From Alistipes sp. (GTDB lineage: Bacteria > Bacteroidota > Bacteroidia > Bacteroidales > Rikenellaceae), in contig JAGCLL010000043.1 of NCBI GenBank assembly GCA_017647025.1, forward strand, positions 1,598 through 65,597: 64,000 nt of DNA, in the 5' to 3' direction. Position 1 is the stretch's first letter; each line of letters begins with the position of its first letter. The notes below the pieces were generated by a model. It worked only from the letters and a program-made list of their open reading frames with translations. It made no database searches and was not told the origin of the DNA. Shown here one piece after another: positions 9,556 to 18,989 of the stretch. The position numbers were made by a program, and so were the translations under genes.

Positions 9556-10683
9556 TTATTTGTTCAGTAATGTTTTCAATGCAGCGAGGAACTTGTCCGC
9601 CTCGCTGCGTGTTATGGTGAGCGCAGGGAGCAAACGAACAGTCGAAACTCCCGCACCGCCTGTAAATATATGATGCTCCTTCAAGAGTTGCAAACGCATC
9701 TCCGAAGCCGAGCCCTCAATCTCCATTCCAATCATCAAACCACGACCTCGCACCTCCTTCAACTGAGGAATTTTGCGGAGTTCGGCAAGGAGATAATCTC
9801 CAACCTCACGAGCATTTGCCACAAGATTCTCCTGCTCGAAAATCTCCAACACTGCAATTCCCGCAGCACAAGCCAGGTGATTACCGCCGAAAGTTGTACC
9901 AAGCATTCCCTTCTTCGCCTCGAAGTGTGGTGCAATCAACACTGCACCCATAGGGAAGCCATTCGCAATACCCTTTGCCGAGGTGATTATGTCGGGGCGT
10001 ATGCCTGCGTGTTGATGCGCAAAGAAGTCGCCCGTACGACCATATCCCGACTGAATTTCGTCGAGGATAAGCGACACACCATATTTAGTGGTAACCTCTC
10101 GCAACTCCTGCAAAAACTCATCTGTCGGGCAGTGAATACCTGCCACGCCCTGAATGCCCTCAACAAGCACTGCGCAGAACTCACCAGTTGAGAGTTTTGC
10201 CTTAACGGACTCTATATCGTTCAGAGGTACAAACTCCACATTCTCGGTGCGGTTGAACGGAGCAACAATCTTTGGATTGTCGGTTGCTGCCACTGCGCCA
10301 GAGGTACGACCGTGAAACGCCTTGCCAAATGCCAACACCTTAGCCTTGCCCGAATGGAACGACGCCAACTTTATAGCATTCTCGTTAGCCTCGGCACCCG
10401 AGTTGCAGAGAAATAACGAGTAATCCTCGTAGCCACTCGCCTTGCCCAACTTCTCGGCAAACCTCTCTTGCAGAGAGTTCTCTACCGAGTTGGAGTAGAA
10501 GCCAAGTTTTCCGACCTGCTCCGACACTGCCTTAACATAGTGCGGATGGGCGTGTCCTACCGAAATCACTGCGTGTCCGCCATACAAATCAAGATACTCC
10601 GTGCCATCGGCCGTATAGACATAGTTGCCCTTACCGCTTACCGGCTCAATATCGTAGAGTGAATATACATCAAATAGTTTCAT
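9556..10683 (-). CDS. argD: Acetylornithine/succinylornithine aminotransferase
   Basis: NSGAEANE, AFHGRT, DEIQSGYGRTG, SAKGIANG (PLP lysine), GTTFGGN. Confidence 0.93.
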   Translation of the reverse strand: MKLFDVYSLYDIEPVSGKGNYVYTADGTEYLDLYGGHAVISVGHAHPHYVKAVSEQVGKLGFYSNSVENSLQERFAEKLGKASGYEDYSLFLCNSGAEANENAIKLASFHSGKAKVLAFGKAFHGRTSGAVAATDNPKIVAPFNRTENVEFVPLNDIESVKAKLSTGEFCAVLVEGIQGVAGIHCPTDEFLQELREVTTKYGVSLILDEIQSGYGRTGDFFAHQHAGIRPDIITSAKGIANGFPMGAVLIAPHFEAKKGMLGTTFGGNHLACAAGIAVLEIFEQENLVANAREVGDYLLAELRKIPQLKEVRGRGLMIGMEIEGSASEMRLQLLKEHHIFTGGAGVSTVRLLPALTITRSEADKFLAALKTLLNK

Positions 10684-10710
10684 AAAAGTTCTCCGTTTTC
10701 CGCTTTCCCT

Positions 10711-11673
10711 TTAGAACGCACTTGGTTTGAGGTGCAATCCCTCTGCCTCGTCAAATCCACAGATGAGGTTCATATTCTCTACTGCCTGTCCCGATGCGCC
10801 CTTCAAGAGGTTATCAATAGCCGACACGATGTGCAACTTCGAGCCATACTTCGCCACATATACCAACGCCTTGTTGGTATTCACCACCTGCTTCAAGTCG
10901 ATATTCTTATCCGCCACAAAGCAGAAACGAGAGTCGGCATAATACTCCTTGTACAACGCCACAGCCTCCTCTGCCGAGAGCAAACACTCGGTATATACCG
11001 ATGCCAAGATACCACGAGCAAAGTCGCCACGCATAGGGACAAAATTCAACGCCTTGTCGAACGATGGTTGCAACAAACGGAGGTTGCGACCAATCTCCAA
11101 GAGGTGCTGATGCTCGAATGCCTTATAGGTCGAGATATTGTCCGAGCGCCACGAGAAGTGGGTTGTAGCCGAAGGTTTAACTCCTGCACCCGTAGAGCCT
11201 GTAATGGCTGTGATATGCACCTCGTCATTCAAGAGTTGAGCCGCAGCAAGCGGCAACAATGCCAACTGAATGGCAGTAGCAAAGCAACCCGGATTGGCGA
11301 TGCGTGTTGCAGCGGAAATCTTCTCTCTCTGCATCTCTGCCAAGCCATATACAAAGCCATTGTGCTCATCACGGAAATCCTGTGCCAAATCGACAATCTT
11401 CACATCGGCAGGAACTGCATTCTCCTCCATAAACTTCGCACTCGCTCCGTGAGCCGAGCAGAGGAACAATACATCGATTGCCCCCAAGTCATACTCTGCC
11501 GAGAAGCGGAGGTCGCACTCACCATACAACCCTCCGTGAATATCACTCACAAGGTTGCCAGCGTTGCTTGAAGAGTGGATAAACTCAATAGATACCTGTG
11601 GGTGGTTGATTAACAAACGAATCAACTCACCTGCGGTGTAGCCTGCTCCACCTATAATACCAACCTTTACCAC
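10711..11673 (-). CDS. argC: N-acetyl-gamma-glutamyl-phosphate reductase
   Basis: GGAGYTAGEL, IANPGCFAT, IDNLLKGASGQAV; GTG start. Confidence 0.96.
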   Translation of the reverse strand: MVKVGIIGGAGYTAGELIRLLINHPQVSIEFIHSSSNAGNLVSDIHGGLYGECDLRFSAEYDLGAIDVLFLCSAHGASAKFMEENAVPADVKIVDLAQDFRDEHNGFVYGLAEMQREKISAATRIANPGCFATAIQLALLPLAAAQLLNDEVHITAITGSTGAGVKPSATTHFSWRSDNISTYKAFEHQHLLEIGRNLRLLQPSFDKALNFVPMRGDFARGILASVYTECLLSAEEAVALYKEYYADSRFCFVADKNIDLKQVVNTNKALVYVAKYGSKLHIVSAIDNLLKGASGQAVENMNLICGFDEAEGLHLKPSAF

Positions 11674-11674
11674 G

Positions 11675-12877
11675 CTATTTACCGTTCTTTTTCTGGTTAT
11701 TGTAATAGATTTTCAGCGGGTTCGCCATAATCTTGGTGAAGCCCTTAACATCGTCGGCACTCCACGCCTTGTTCACCTCGCCATACTCGCCGAAGTCGGT
11801 CTTCATCAAATCGAACGACGACTCAACACCTACAAGGGTGTATGAAAGTGGGCGGAGCATAATCTCAACCACGCCGGTAACATTCTCCTGCGAGTGCAAT
11901 AACATAGCCTCAATATCTCGCATTACCGGGTCGAGATACTGCGCCTCGTGGAGGAACATTCCGTACCAAGTTCCCACTTGATCCTTCCAATACATCTGCC
12001 ACTTGGTAAGGGTGTGCTTTTCGAGCATCTTGTGAGCGTTGATAATCAACATCGGTGCCGCAGCCTCGAATCCTACACGGCCTTTGATACCGATGATTGT
12101 ATCGCCAATGTGCATATCACGACCAATGCCATACTTCGAAGCAATAGCCTCCACCGCACGAATAGCATCAACCTTGCTTGCATACTCCACGCCATTTACA
12201 GTCGAAATCTCGCCCTTTACGAAACCAAGTTTGAGCGACTCCTCACCCTCGGCTGTTACCTGCGAAGGATAGGCGTGCTCCGGCAAAGTCTGCTCCGAGC
12301 GCAAGGTCTCCTTACCGCCTATGCTTGTACCCCACAAGCCCTTATTAATCGAGTACTCCAACTTTGTAAAGTCGGCAACATAACCACGCTCTTTGAGGTA
12401 GTTAATCTCGTACTCACGAGTCAAGGTCATATCACGAGTTGGGGTTATAATCTCAATCTCAGGAGCCATAATCTGGAAGGTCAAATCGAAACGCACCTGG
12501 TCATTGCCAGCACCTGTCGAGCCGTGTGCCACGCAATCTGCACCCACCTCCTTGGCAAACTGAATAATTGCCATAGCCTGGAAAATTCGCTCCGACGACA
12601 CCGAAATCGGATAAGTACCATTACGCAAAACATTTCCAAAGACCATATACTTGATACTACGCTCGTAGTACTCCTCGGTGATGTCGAGTGTAGCGTGCTG
12701 CTTCGAGCCGAGGCTGTATGCACGCTCCTCGATAGATGCCAACTCCTCATCCGAGAATCCTCCCGTATTGGCAATTGCGGTATAGACCTCGTAGCCCAAC
12801 TCCTCGCTGAGATACTTCACACAGAAAGAGGTATCCAAACCTCCACTGAATGCTAAAACAACCTTTTTCTTCTCCAT
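11675..12877 (-). CDS. argG: Argininosuccinate synthase
   Basis: VLAFSGGLDTS, HGSTGAGNDQVRF. Confidence 0.97.
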   Translation of the reverse strand: MEKKKVVLAFSGGLDTSFCVKYLSEELGYEVYTAIANTGGFSDEELASIEERAYSLGSKQHATLDITEEYYERSIKYMVFGNVLRNGTYPISVSSERIFQAMAIIQFAKEVGADCVAHGSTGAGNDQVRFDLTFQIMAPEIEIITPTRDMTLTREYEINYLKERGYVADFTKLEYSINKGLWGTSIGGKETLRSEQTLPEHAYPSQVTAEGEESLKLGFVKGEISTVNGVEYASKVDAIRAVEAIASKYGIGRDMHIGDTIIGIKGRVGFEAAAPMLIINAHKMLEKHTLTKWQMYWKDQVGTWYGMFLHEAQYLDPVMRDIEAMLLHSQENVTGVVEIMLRPLSYTLVGVESSFDLMKTDFGEYGEVNKAWSADDVKGFTKIMANPLKIYYNNQKKNGK

Positions 12878-12895
12878 AGTGTTATATCGTTTTTA

Positions 12896-13513
12896 TTATT
12901 TCAAATGAAAAATCTTTTTAATTGCGTTCTTGATTGCCATTGCGTATGGACTCCACCACGACTGCTTCACAAGTGGCGTCTTTGGATCGTAGAGCATACC
13001 TGTACAAAGACACATACGGCGATTGTTGCGCTTCAAAATATCGTAGTTGCAACAACCCTCGCAACCCTGCCAAAACTCGTCATCTTGGGTGAGTTCCGAG
13101 AAGGTTACTGGCTTGTAGCCAAGGCGAGTATTCAACTTCATCACTGGAAGTGATGTCGTAATCGAGAATAGTTTTGCAAATGGAAAGCGCAAACGAGCCA
13201 ACTCGAAGGTGCGTTTTTTAATCTCGCCAGCCAAACCCAAGTGGCGGAACTCCGGGTCTACAATCAGTCCCGAAGTGGCAACATAATCTCCGTGTCCCCA
13301 GCACTCGATATAACTAAAACCAACCAAACGGTCGCCCGAAAGTGCCACAACTGCCTTTCCTCCCGTAATCTTCGAAGCAATATACTCTGGTGAACGACGA
13401 GCAATACCTGTACCTCGCTGCAAAGCCGACTCGTAGATAAGTTGGCATATCTGCTCCGCATAATCCGCATGCTCGGGTTGTGCAAAAATGATATTTATTG
13501 AATTTTTATTCAT
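12896..13513 (-). CDS. GNAT acyltransferase, Bacteroidota ArgA-type N-acylglutamate synthase
   Basis: RGTGIARRSPEY, SGLIVDPEFR.LG, FWQGCEGC.N.DIL...MCLCTGM; first gene of the arg operon. Confidence 0.8.
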   Translation of the reverse strand: MNKNSINIIFAQPEHADYAEQICQLIYESALQRGTGIARRSPEYIASKITGGKAVVALSGDRLVGFSYIECWGHGDYVATSGLIVDPEFRHLGLAGEIKKRTFELARLRFPFAKLFSITTSLPVMKLNTRLGYKPVTFSELTQDDEFWQGCEGCCNYDILKRNNRRMCLCTGMLYDPKTPLVKQSWWSPYAMAIKNAIKKIFHLK

Positions 13514-13559
13514 TTATATGTGATATATTTACAAAGTCGTTATTTAGACCAAATCTCCG

Positions 13560-13567
13560 CAAATGTA
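13560..13567 (-). promoter_or_regulatory. Bacteroidota -7 promoter box of the arg operon
   Basis: Minus strand TACATTTG matches TAnnTTTG, about 47 nt upstream of the start codon. Confidence 0.55.
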
Positions 13568-13661
13568 GTAAAAAAAGAGCAACATTGTACCGCAAAGTGG
13601 ATTTATTTTTCAAAATTATTATAAAATAGGTATCGGAAAGCGCATTTCTGCAATAATATGC

Positions 13662-13700
13662 AAAAAAAGATTGCTCAACCAGGCGGATGAACAATCTCTT
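13662..13700 (-). terminator. Intrinsic terminator after the MBL-fold gene
   Basis: Minus strand AGATTGTTCATCC-GCCT-GGTTGAGCAATCT followed by a T run. Confidence 0.65.
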
Positions 13701-13722
13701 TTATCTTAAAATTTACAACTGA

Positions 13723-14460
13723 CTACTCCATCGGGAATACCCTAACCTCGCATACACCCTCCAAAGATTTTTTCAAAGCCTCAATGTCGGTTTTCTCCTC
13801 GACTTGACCATAGTGGTATGGATAGAACACCGCAGGTTTAATCGCTTTAACCGCACGAACAGCCTGCTCAACGGTCATTGTATACGGTTGATTTACAGGT
13901 AGAAAAGCAATATCCACACCCTGCAATGACACAACATCATCGTTATCCTCGGTATCGCCTGCAACATAGATAGTTGTGCCACCGAGCGTCAAGACATAAC
14001 CGCAATCTTCTCGCTCCTTCGGGTGGAAATCGGTATGTCCCTCACTGATATTATAGGCAGGAACGCCCTTTACTGACAGCCCCTCAAAAGGCTCTGCTAC
14101 ACAGCCTGGCAACATAGTTGTGCAGTCGTGTTCAAACGCCTCGGCGGAGGTTTTATCGCACAAAATTGCACACTTATCGCCTGCAATCTTCTCGATTGTA
14201 GCCAAGTCGAAATGGTCGTAGTGAGAGTGGGTTACAAGCACCGCATCCGCCTTTGGAAGTCTATCCCAAGCGAAGTCGCCCACTGGATCAATGTAGATAT
14301 GTTTGCCGTTATGCTCAATAGCAAACGATGCGTGCGCAAAAAATGTAAAGACAATCTCCGAGCCATCCTGCGCCACTACCCTATCTTGCGGATAGTGTGG
14401 AGTCTTCTTGCAGCAACCAAAAAGCGACAACAATCCCATAATGATAAGAAGCCTTTTCAT
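13723..14460 (-). CDS. MBL-fold metallo-hydrolase, probable lipoprotein
   Basis: THSHYDH, YVAGDT, YPYHYG; lipobox-like LFGC. Confidence 0.88.
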   Translation of the reverse strand: MKRLLIIMGLLSLFGCCKKTPHYPQDRVVAQDGSEIVFTFFAHASFAIEHNGKHIYIDPVGDFAWDRLPKADAVLVTHSHYDHFDLATIEKIAGDKCAILCDKTSAEAFEHDCTTMLPGCVAEPFEGLSVKGVPAYNISEGHTDFHPKEREDCGYVLTLGGTTIYVAGDTEDNDDVVSLQGVDIAFLPVNQPYTMTVEQAVRAVKAIKPAVFYPYHYGQVEEKTDIEALKKSLEGVCEVRVFPME

Positions 14461-14468
14461 ACAACCAA

Positions 14469-15029
14469 TTAAATGTGCATCAGCGACTTAACTGGTGCGA
14501 TTTTTTCGAGACGCTCCTTGCCGTTAATCTCGTCTATCTCCACCAAGAAGACAAACTCCTTAATCTTCACATTGTAAGGCTTGCCATCACGATAGACGGT
14601 AAGTTTTTCGAGCGACTCGGCAACACCAAGTGCTGTACCTCCCGTAGCCAACACATCGTCGAGAATTGTTACATAGAAGGTATCTCCCTCTGCTACACCC
14701 GCAGCAATATCACTGAGGCGATAGAAGAGTTTATCGCAACCATACTCCTTTACGATGCTCACCTCCTGCAAATCGCCATCATTAAATGGCAACTTGCCAC
14801 TCTTTCGCATTGGGATAATGTTCTCCACAATACCATCCTCCGAAAGAAGGGGTGCAGTGAAGAGGAATGCACGAGCCTCTGGCGCAGCAACATTCGGTGC
14901 GTGGGTAGCCTCCTTCAAAGCCTCTACGACCTCACGGAACGCCTTTTTAGACTGCAAGAAAGGGATAATATCGATAAAGTTTATACCCTCTTTTGGGAAG
15001 TTCTTATAGAATTTGAGTGTCTCAATCAT
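14469..15029 (-). CDS. apt: Adenine phosphoribosyltransferase-like protein
   Basis: NFPKEGINFIDI, EARAF, RKSGKLP, ILDDVLATGGT; start placed at ATG 15029. Confidence 0.8.
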   Translation of the reverse strand: MIETLKFYKNFPKEGINFIDIIPFLQSKKAFREVVEALKEATHAPNVAAPEARAFLFTAPLLSEDGIVENIIPMRKSGKLPFNDGDLQEVSIVKEYGCDKLFYRLSDIAAGVAEGDTFYVTILDDVLATGGTALGVAESLEKLTVYRDGKPYNVKIKEFVFLVEIDEINGKERLEKIAPVKSLMHI

Positions 15030-15039
15030 AGCGGTAGAA

Positions 15040-15900
15040 TTATCCAAGGTACGACTTCAAGAGTTTGCTGCGTGAAGAGTGACGGAGGCGACGAATTGCC
15101 TTCTCCTTAATCTGACGAACACGCTCACGAGTGAGGTCGAACTTCTCGCCAATCTCCTCCAATGTCATCTCCGAGCAGCCGATACCGAAGAAGTAGCGAA
15201 TAATATCACGCTCACGCTCGGTCAATGTTTCGAGCGCACGGTCAACCTCGGTTGCCAACGACTCGTTGATAAGACCACGGTCAGCATTTGGAGAGTCGGT
15301 ATTCACCAACACATCGAGCAACGAGTTGTCCTCGCCATCGGCAAATGGCGCATCCACCGAGATATGACGACCTGCAACACGCAAAGTGTCGGTAACCTTC
15401 TCTCGTGGCAACTCCAACTCGGCAGCCAACTCCTCAGGCGATGGAGTACGCTCGTGCTCCTGCTCGAAGCGAGCAAAAGCCTTATTGATTTTATTGAGCG
15501 AGCCTACCTGATTGAGGGGCAAACGAACGATACGAGATTGCTCTGCCAAAGCCTGCAAAATCGACTGGCGAATCCACCATACAGCATAAGAGATAAACTT
15601 AAAACCACGAGTTTCGTCGAACTTCTCCGCAGCCTTAATCAGACCGAGGTTACCCTCGTTGATAAGGTCGGGAAGACTCAAACCCTGATTCTGATACTGC
15701 TTTGCTACCGACACCACGAAGCGGAGATTTGCCTTTGTCAACTTCTCCAATGCCTCCTGGTCGCCTTTGCGAATTCGTTGGGCGAGTTCTACCTCCTCCT
15801 CAACAGTAATAAGTTCCTCTTTTCCAATCTCCTGCAAGTACTTATCGAGAGAAGCACTCTCACGATTAGTGATGGATTTCGTAATCTTTAATTGACGCAT
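15040..15900 (-). CDS. rpoD: Primary RNA polymerase sigma factor (short Bacteroidota RpoD)
   Basis: [15 protein letters not shown] start, [33 protein letters not shown]. Confidence 0.95.
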   Translation of the reverse strand: MRQLKITKSITNRESASLDKYLQEIGKEELITVEEEVELAQRIRKGDQEALEKLTKANLRFVVSVAKQYQNQGLSLPDLINEGNLGLIKAAEKFDETRGFKFISYAVWWIRQSILQALAEQSRIVRLPLNQVGSLNKINKAFARFEQEHERTPSPEELAAELELPREKVTDTLRVAGRHISVDAPFADGEDNSLLDVLVNTDSPNADRGLINESLATEVDRALETLTERERDIIRYFFGIGCSEMTLEEIGEKFDLTRERVRQIKEKAIRRLRHSSRSKLLKSYLG

Positions 15901-15954
15901 ATTTGTTTCTTCTTAGCCTTTAGCTTTTTTATAATTCAAAATTTAGCGTAGCAA

Positions 15955-16109
15955 AATGGCATTCGCTCCCATTGGTCGCTGAATGGCAACGAATGGCATT
16001 CGCTCGTTACACTCGCTGAATGGCAAGGCGCCTATCATTAAGCAGTCGTAGACTGCGTTGCCATTAAATGTCATTAAGGACTGAAAGTCCGAATGCCATT
16101 AAATGCCAT
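15955..16109. repeat. Composite palindrome built from AATGGCA/TGCCATT units and small inserts
   Basis: Four AATGGCA copies on the left arm, TGCCATT/TGTCATT copies on the right arm, inserts CGCTC..TCGCT, GCAGTC-GTA-GACTGC, GGACT-GAA-AGTCC. Confidence 0.7.
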
Positions 16110-16148
16110 CTTTCTTGGCGCAACTAACTCATCAGAACGATTTTCCTG

Positions 16149-17651
16149 CTATTCTGCAACTATCATATAACTTGCCGCTCTGCCGTCTGGATAGACTCCG
16201 TCTATCGACTGAATCTTATCGGTCAGGCGACCAAGGTCTGCCACCGAGCGCACCGCCTTATCGTTGATGTGGGTAATCACAAATCCCTCACGCACACGAG
16301 CCTTCGCAAGCAAACCACCGCTCTTTATCGACTGCACCTGCACTCCACCCTTAATGTCGAGTTTCTTGGCAGTTTTGCTGTCAATATCGGCAAAGCGACC
16401 ACCCAAAACCTCCACGACATCAACATCGTTTTTGGTGAGCAACTCTGCTTTACCTGCTTTATTACGCAAAATCACATCAAAATGTTTCACTTTATCGCCT
16501 CTTTTTACAACCAACGATATTTTATCGTTAGGACGATGCTTGCCAATCTGCTCGGTAAGGATTGTAGGAGAGGTGATTTTTACACCATCAATCTCGGTGA
16601 TAACATCACCCTTGCGGAGTCCTGCCTCTGAGGCTGAACCGCCATCGACTACACCTGCAACATAGACACCGCCAACCTCTTTAATGTCGGTCTCTTTGCC
16701 CATCTGATCAACAAAGTCTTGGTCGATATAGCGATACGATATTCCGAGCAATGCACGCTGCACAATGCCATACTCACGCAAATCGTTAACTACCTTACGC
16801 ACAATGCTTTCTGGCACAGCAAACGAGTATCCGATATAACTTCCAGTCGAAGATTTGATTACGGTATTGATACCAACCAACTCACCACGAGCATTTACCA
16901 ATGCACCGCCCGAATTGCCAGGATTTACCGCTGCGTCGGTCTGGATAAACGACTCGATACGGAACTCGTTAGGAATAACATCCAACTGACGAGCCTTGGC
17001 ACTTACGATACCCGCTGTAATGGTCGATTGAAGGTCGAATGGTGAACCAATCGCCAACACCCACTCACCAAGGCGCAAATCGTCCGAAGAGCCAAACTTC
17101 AAAATAGGCAACTCCTCCGCCTCAACCTTGATAAGGGCTACATCAGTCGTAGGGTCTTTACCTATAACCTTTGCATCGAAGACACGACCATCGTTCAACT
17201 TTACACGCAACTTTGTTGCACCATCGACAACATGGTTGTTGGTTACAATGTAACCATCAGTCGAGATAATAACACCCGAACCACCCGACTTCTGCTCACG
17301 CTTCTGTGGCTGACCATTGCCCTGCTGAGGCTGCGGAAAGCCAAAGAACTCGAAGAATGGGTTGTAAGGCATCATACTCTGTTGGCGCACCTCGACCTCG
17401 GTTATCGCCTCGATATTTACCACTGCTTTCACTGCATTTTCGGCAGCAAAAGTGAGGTCTGGATAGGATGTTGAGTGCTCCAATGCCACCAACTGCGTTT
17501 TGGCAACGGGAACGCTATCTCCGTCACGATTTACATACTCTATGGTTGTTGCAACCTGTGTGTTGCGAACTACCGCATACGATGCCACGCCTGCACCAAG
17601 GAGTGCCGATGCGAAGCATACTGCAACCAATACAAATGTGTTCTTTTTCAT
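16149..17651 (-). CDS. degP: Do/DegP family serine endoprotease with two PDZ domains
   Basis: GSGVII, TNNHVV, QTDAAVNPGNSGG; start moved to ATG 17651, downstream of a TAATTTTG box at 17693-17700. Confidence 0.92.
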   Translation of the reverse strand: MKKNTFVLVAVCFASALLGAGVASYAVVRNTQVATTIEYVNRDGDSVPVAKTQLVALEHSTSYPDLTFAAENAVKAVVNIEAITEVEVRQQSMMPYNPFFEFFGFPQPQQGNGQPQKREQKSGGSGVIISTDGYIVTNNHVVDGATKLRVKLNDGRVFDAKVIGKDPTTDVALIKVEAEELPILKFGSSDDLRLGEWVLAIGSPFDLQSTITAGIVSAKARQLDVIPNEFRIESFIQTDAAVNPGNSGGALVNARGELVGINTVIKSSTGSYIGYSFAVPESIVRKVVNDLREYGIVQRALLGISYRYIDQDFVDQMGKETDIKEVGGVYVAGVVDGGSASEAGLRKGDVITEIDGVKITSPTILTEQIGKHRPNDKISLVVKRGDKVKHFDVILRNKAGKAELLTKNDVDVVEVLGGRFADIDSKTAKKLDIKGGVQVQSIKSGGLLAKARVREGFVITHINDKAVRSVADLGRLTDKIQSIDGVYPDGRAASYMIVAE

Positions 17652-17830
17652 AATCTGTGTTTTAATTTCGCCTTTCAAAACGAGCGAACACACAAAATTA
17701 TTGCAAATAATATGAATTTTCAAACATTTCGCACAATAACTTTTAGTTAAAACAATCTTTTCGAAAAAAATTACTAACTTTGCAGACTATTTACAAAGTA
17801 GAAGAAATTAATAACAAACATATTTTAACC

Positions 17831-18970
17831 ATGAGAGCAGTTCAATTTGGAGCAGGCAATATCGGTCGTGGATTTATCGGTGCGGTATTGGAGCAGGCCG
17901 GTTACCATGTGGTATATGCCGATGTAAACCAAGAGGTTATTGATCTTATTAACGAGAAGAAAGAGTACACTGTACTCGTTAAAGATGTTGATTGCATCGA
18001 GCAGCACATCACCAATATCTCGGCTGTAAACTCCCTCACCCCAGCAGTTGTGGAGGAGATTGCAAAGGCCGACATCGTAACCACTGCCGTAGGCGTTGTA
18101 ATCCTCCCTCGCATTGCGCCAACCATTGCAAAGGCTATCGCTGCACGCTATGAGGCGAAGTTGGAGCAGCCGCTCAATATCATCGCTTGCGAGAATGCTG
18201 TGCGTGCATCGTCGCAGTTGAAGGAGCATGTCCTCTCGCACCTCACCGAGGAGCAGAAGGCTTATTGCAACGAGTGGGTAGGCTTCCCTGACTGCTCGGT
18301 GGACCGTATCGTACCACCTGTACGCACCGAGAACCCTATCGATGTAGTTGTTGAGGCGTTCTACGAGTGGAATGTGGAGGAGAAGTCGTTTGTTGGCGAG
18401 GTTCCACACATCGCAGGTATGAACTTGGCTGACAATCTCATCGCCTACATCGAGCGCAAACTCTTCACCCTCAACACAGGTCACGCCATCACCGCCTACA
18501 TCGGCAAGTTGCGTGGTAAGGCAACTATCGACGAGAGCATCGCTGACGAGGAGATTTTCGCCATCGTGAAGGCCGCAATGCAGGAGAGCGGTTTGGGCTT
18601 GGTTGCAAAGTATGGTTTCGATAAGGAGGCTCACTTCAAGTATATCGAGAAGATTATCGGTCGCTTCCGCAACCCATATCTCAAAGACGATGTTACCCGT
18701 GTAGGTCGTGAGCCACTGCGTAAGTTGTCGGCTTCTGACCGCCTTATCAAGCCTATGCTCACTGCACAGGAAGCAGGTGTTGCAACACCAAACCTCTTGC
18801 TCGGTATCGGCGCAGCATTGCACTACTCAAATGCAGAAGATGCACAGAGCGTAGAGTTGCAGCAGAAGATTGCTGACCTTGGCTTGGAGGGTGCAATCAA
18901 GGAGGTTACAGGCATTACAAACGACACTCTCGTAGCCGACATTGTAAAGGCATACAACACTATTGCATAA
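17831..18970 (+). CDS. mtlD: Mannitol-1-phosphate 5-dehydrogenase
   Basis: FGAGNIGRGFIG, IIACEN, VDRIVP, YIERKLFTLNTGHA, RVGREPLRKL; the TTG at 17780 is part of the TAACTTTG promoter box so start is ATG 17831. Confidence 0.93.
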   Translation: MRAVQFGAGNIGRGFIGAVLEQAGYHVVYADVNQEVIDLINEKKEYTVLVKDVDCIEQHITNISAVNSLTPAVVEEIAKADIVTTAVGVVILPRIAPTIAKAIAARYEAKLEQPLNIIACENAVRASSQLKEHVLSHLTEEQKAYCNEWVGFPDCSVDRIVPPVRTENPIDVVVEAFYEWNVEEKSFVGEVPHIAGMNLADNLIAYIERKLFTLNTGHAITAYIGKLRGKATIDESIADEEIFAIVKAAMQESGLGLVAKYGFDKEAHFKYIEKIIGRFRNPYLKDDVTRVGREPLRKLSASDRLIKPMLTAQEAGVATPNLLLGIGAALHYSNAEDAQSVELQQKIADLGLEGAIKEVTGITNDTLVADIVKAYNTIA

Positions 18971-18989
18971 CAAATTAAAACTAAATAAA

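Noticed and set aside
15955-16109. CRISPR array
   Set aside because: Units are 7-14 bp, switch orientation, lack unique 30-40 bp spacers, and no cas genes are present
17780-17830. ORF-track N-terminal extensions (mtlD, degP, hicA, avd, Clp protease, ParB)
   Set aside because: They run through promoter boxes or upstream genes; downstream ATGs fit the family N-termini better
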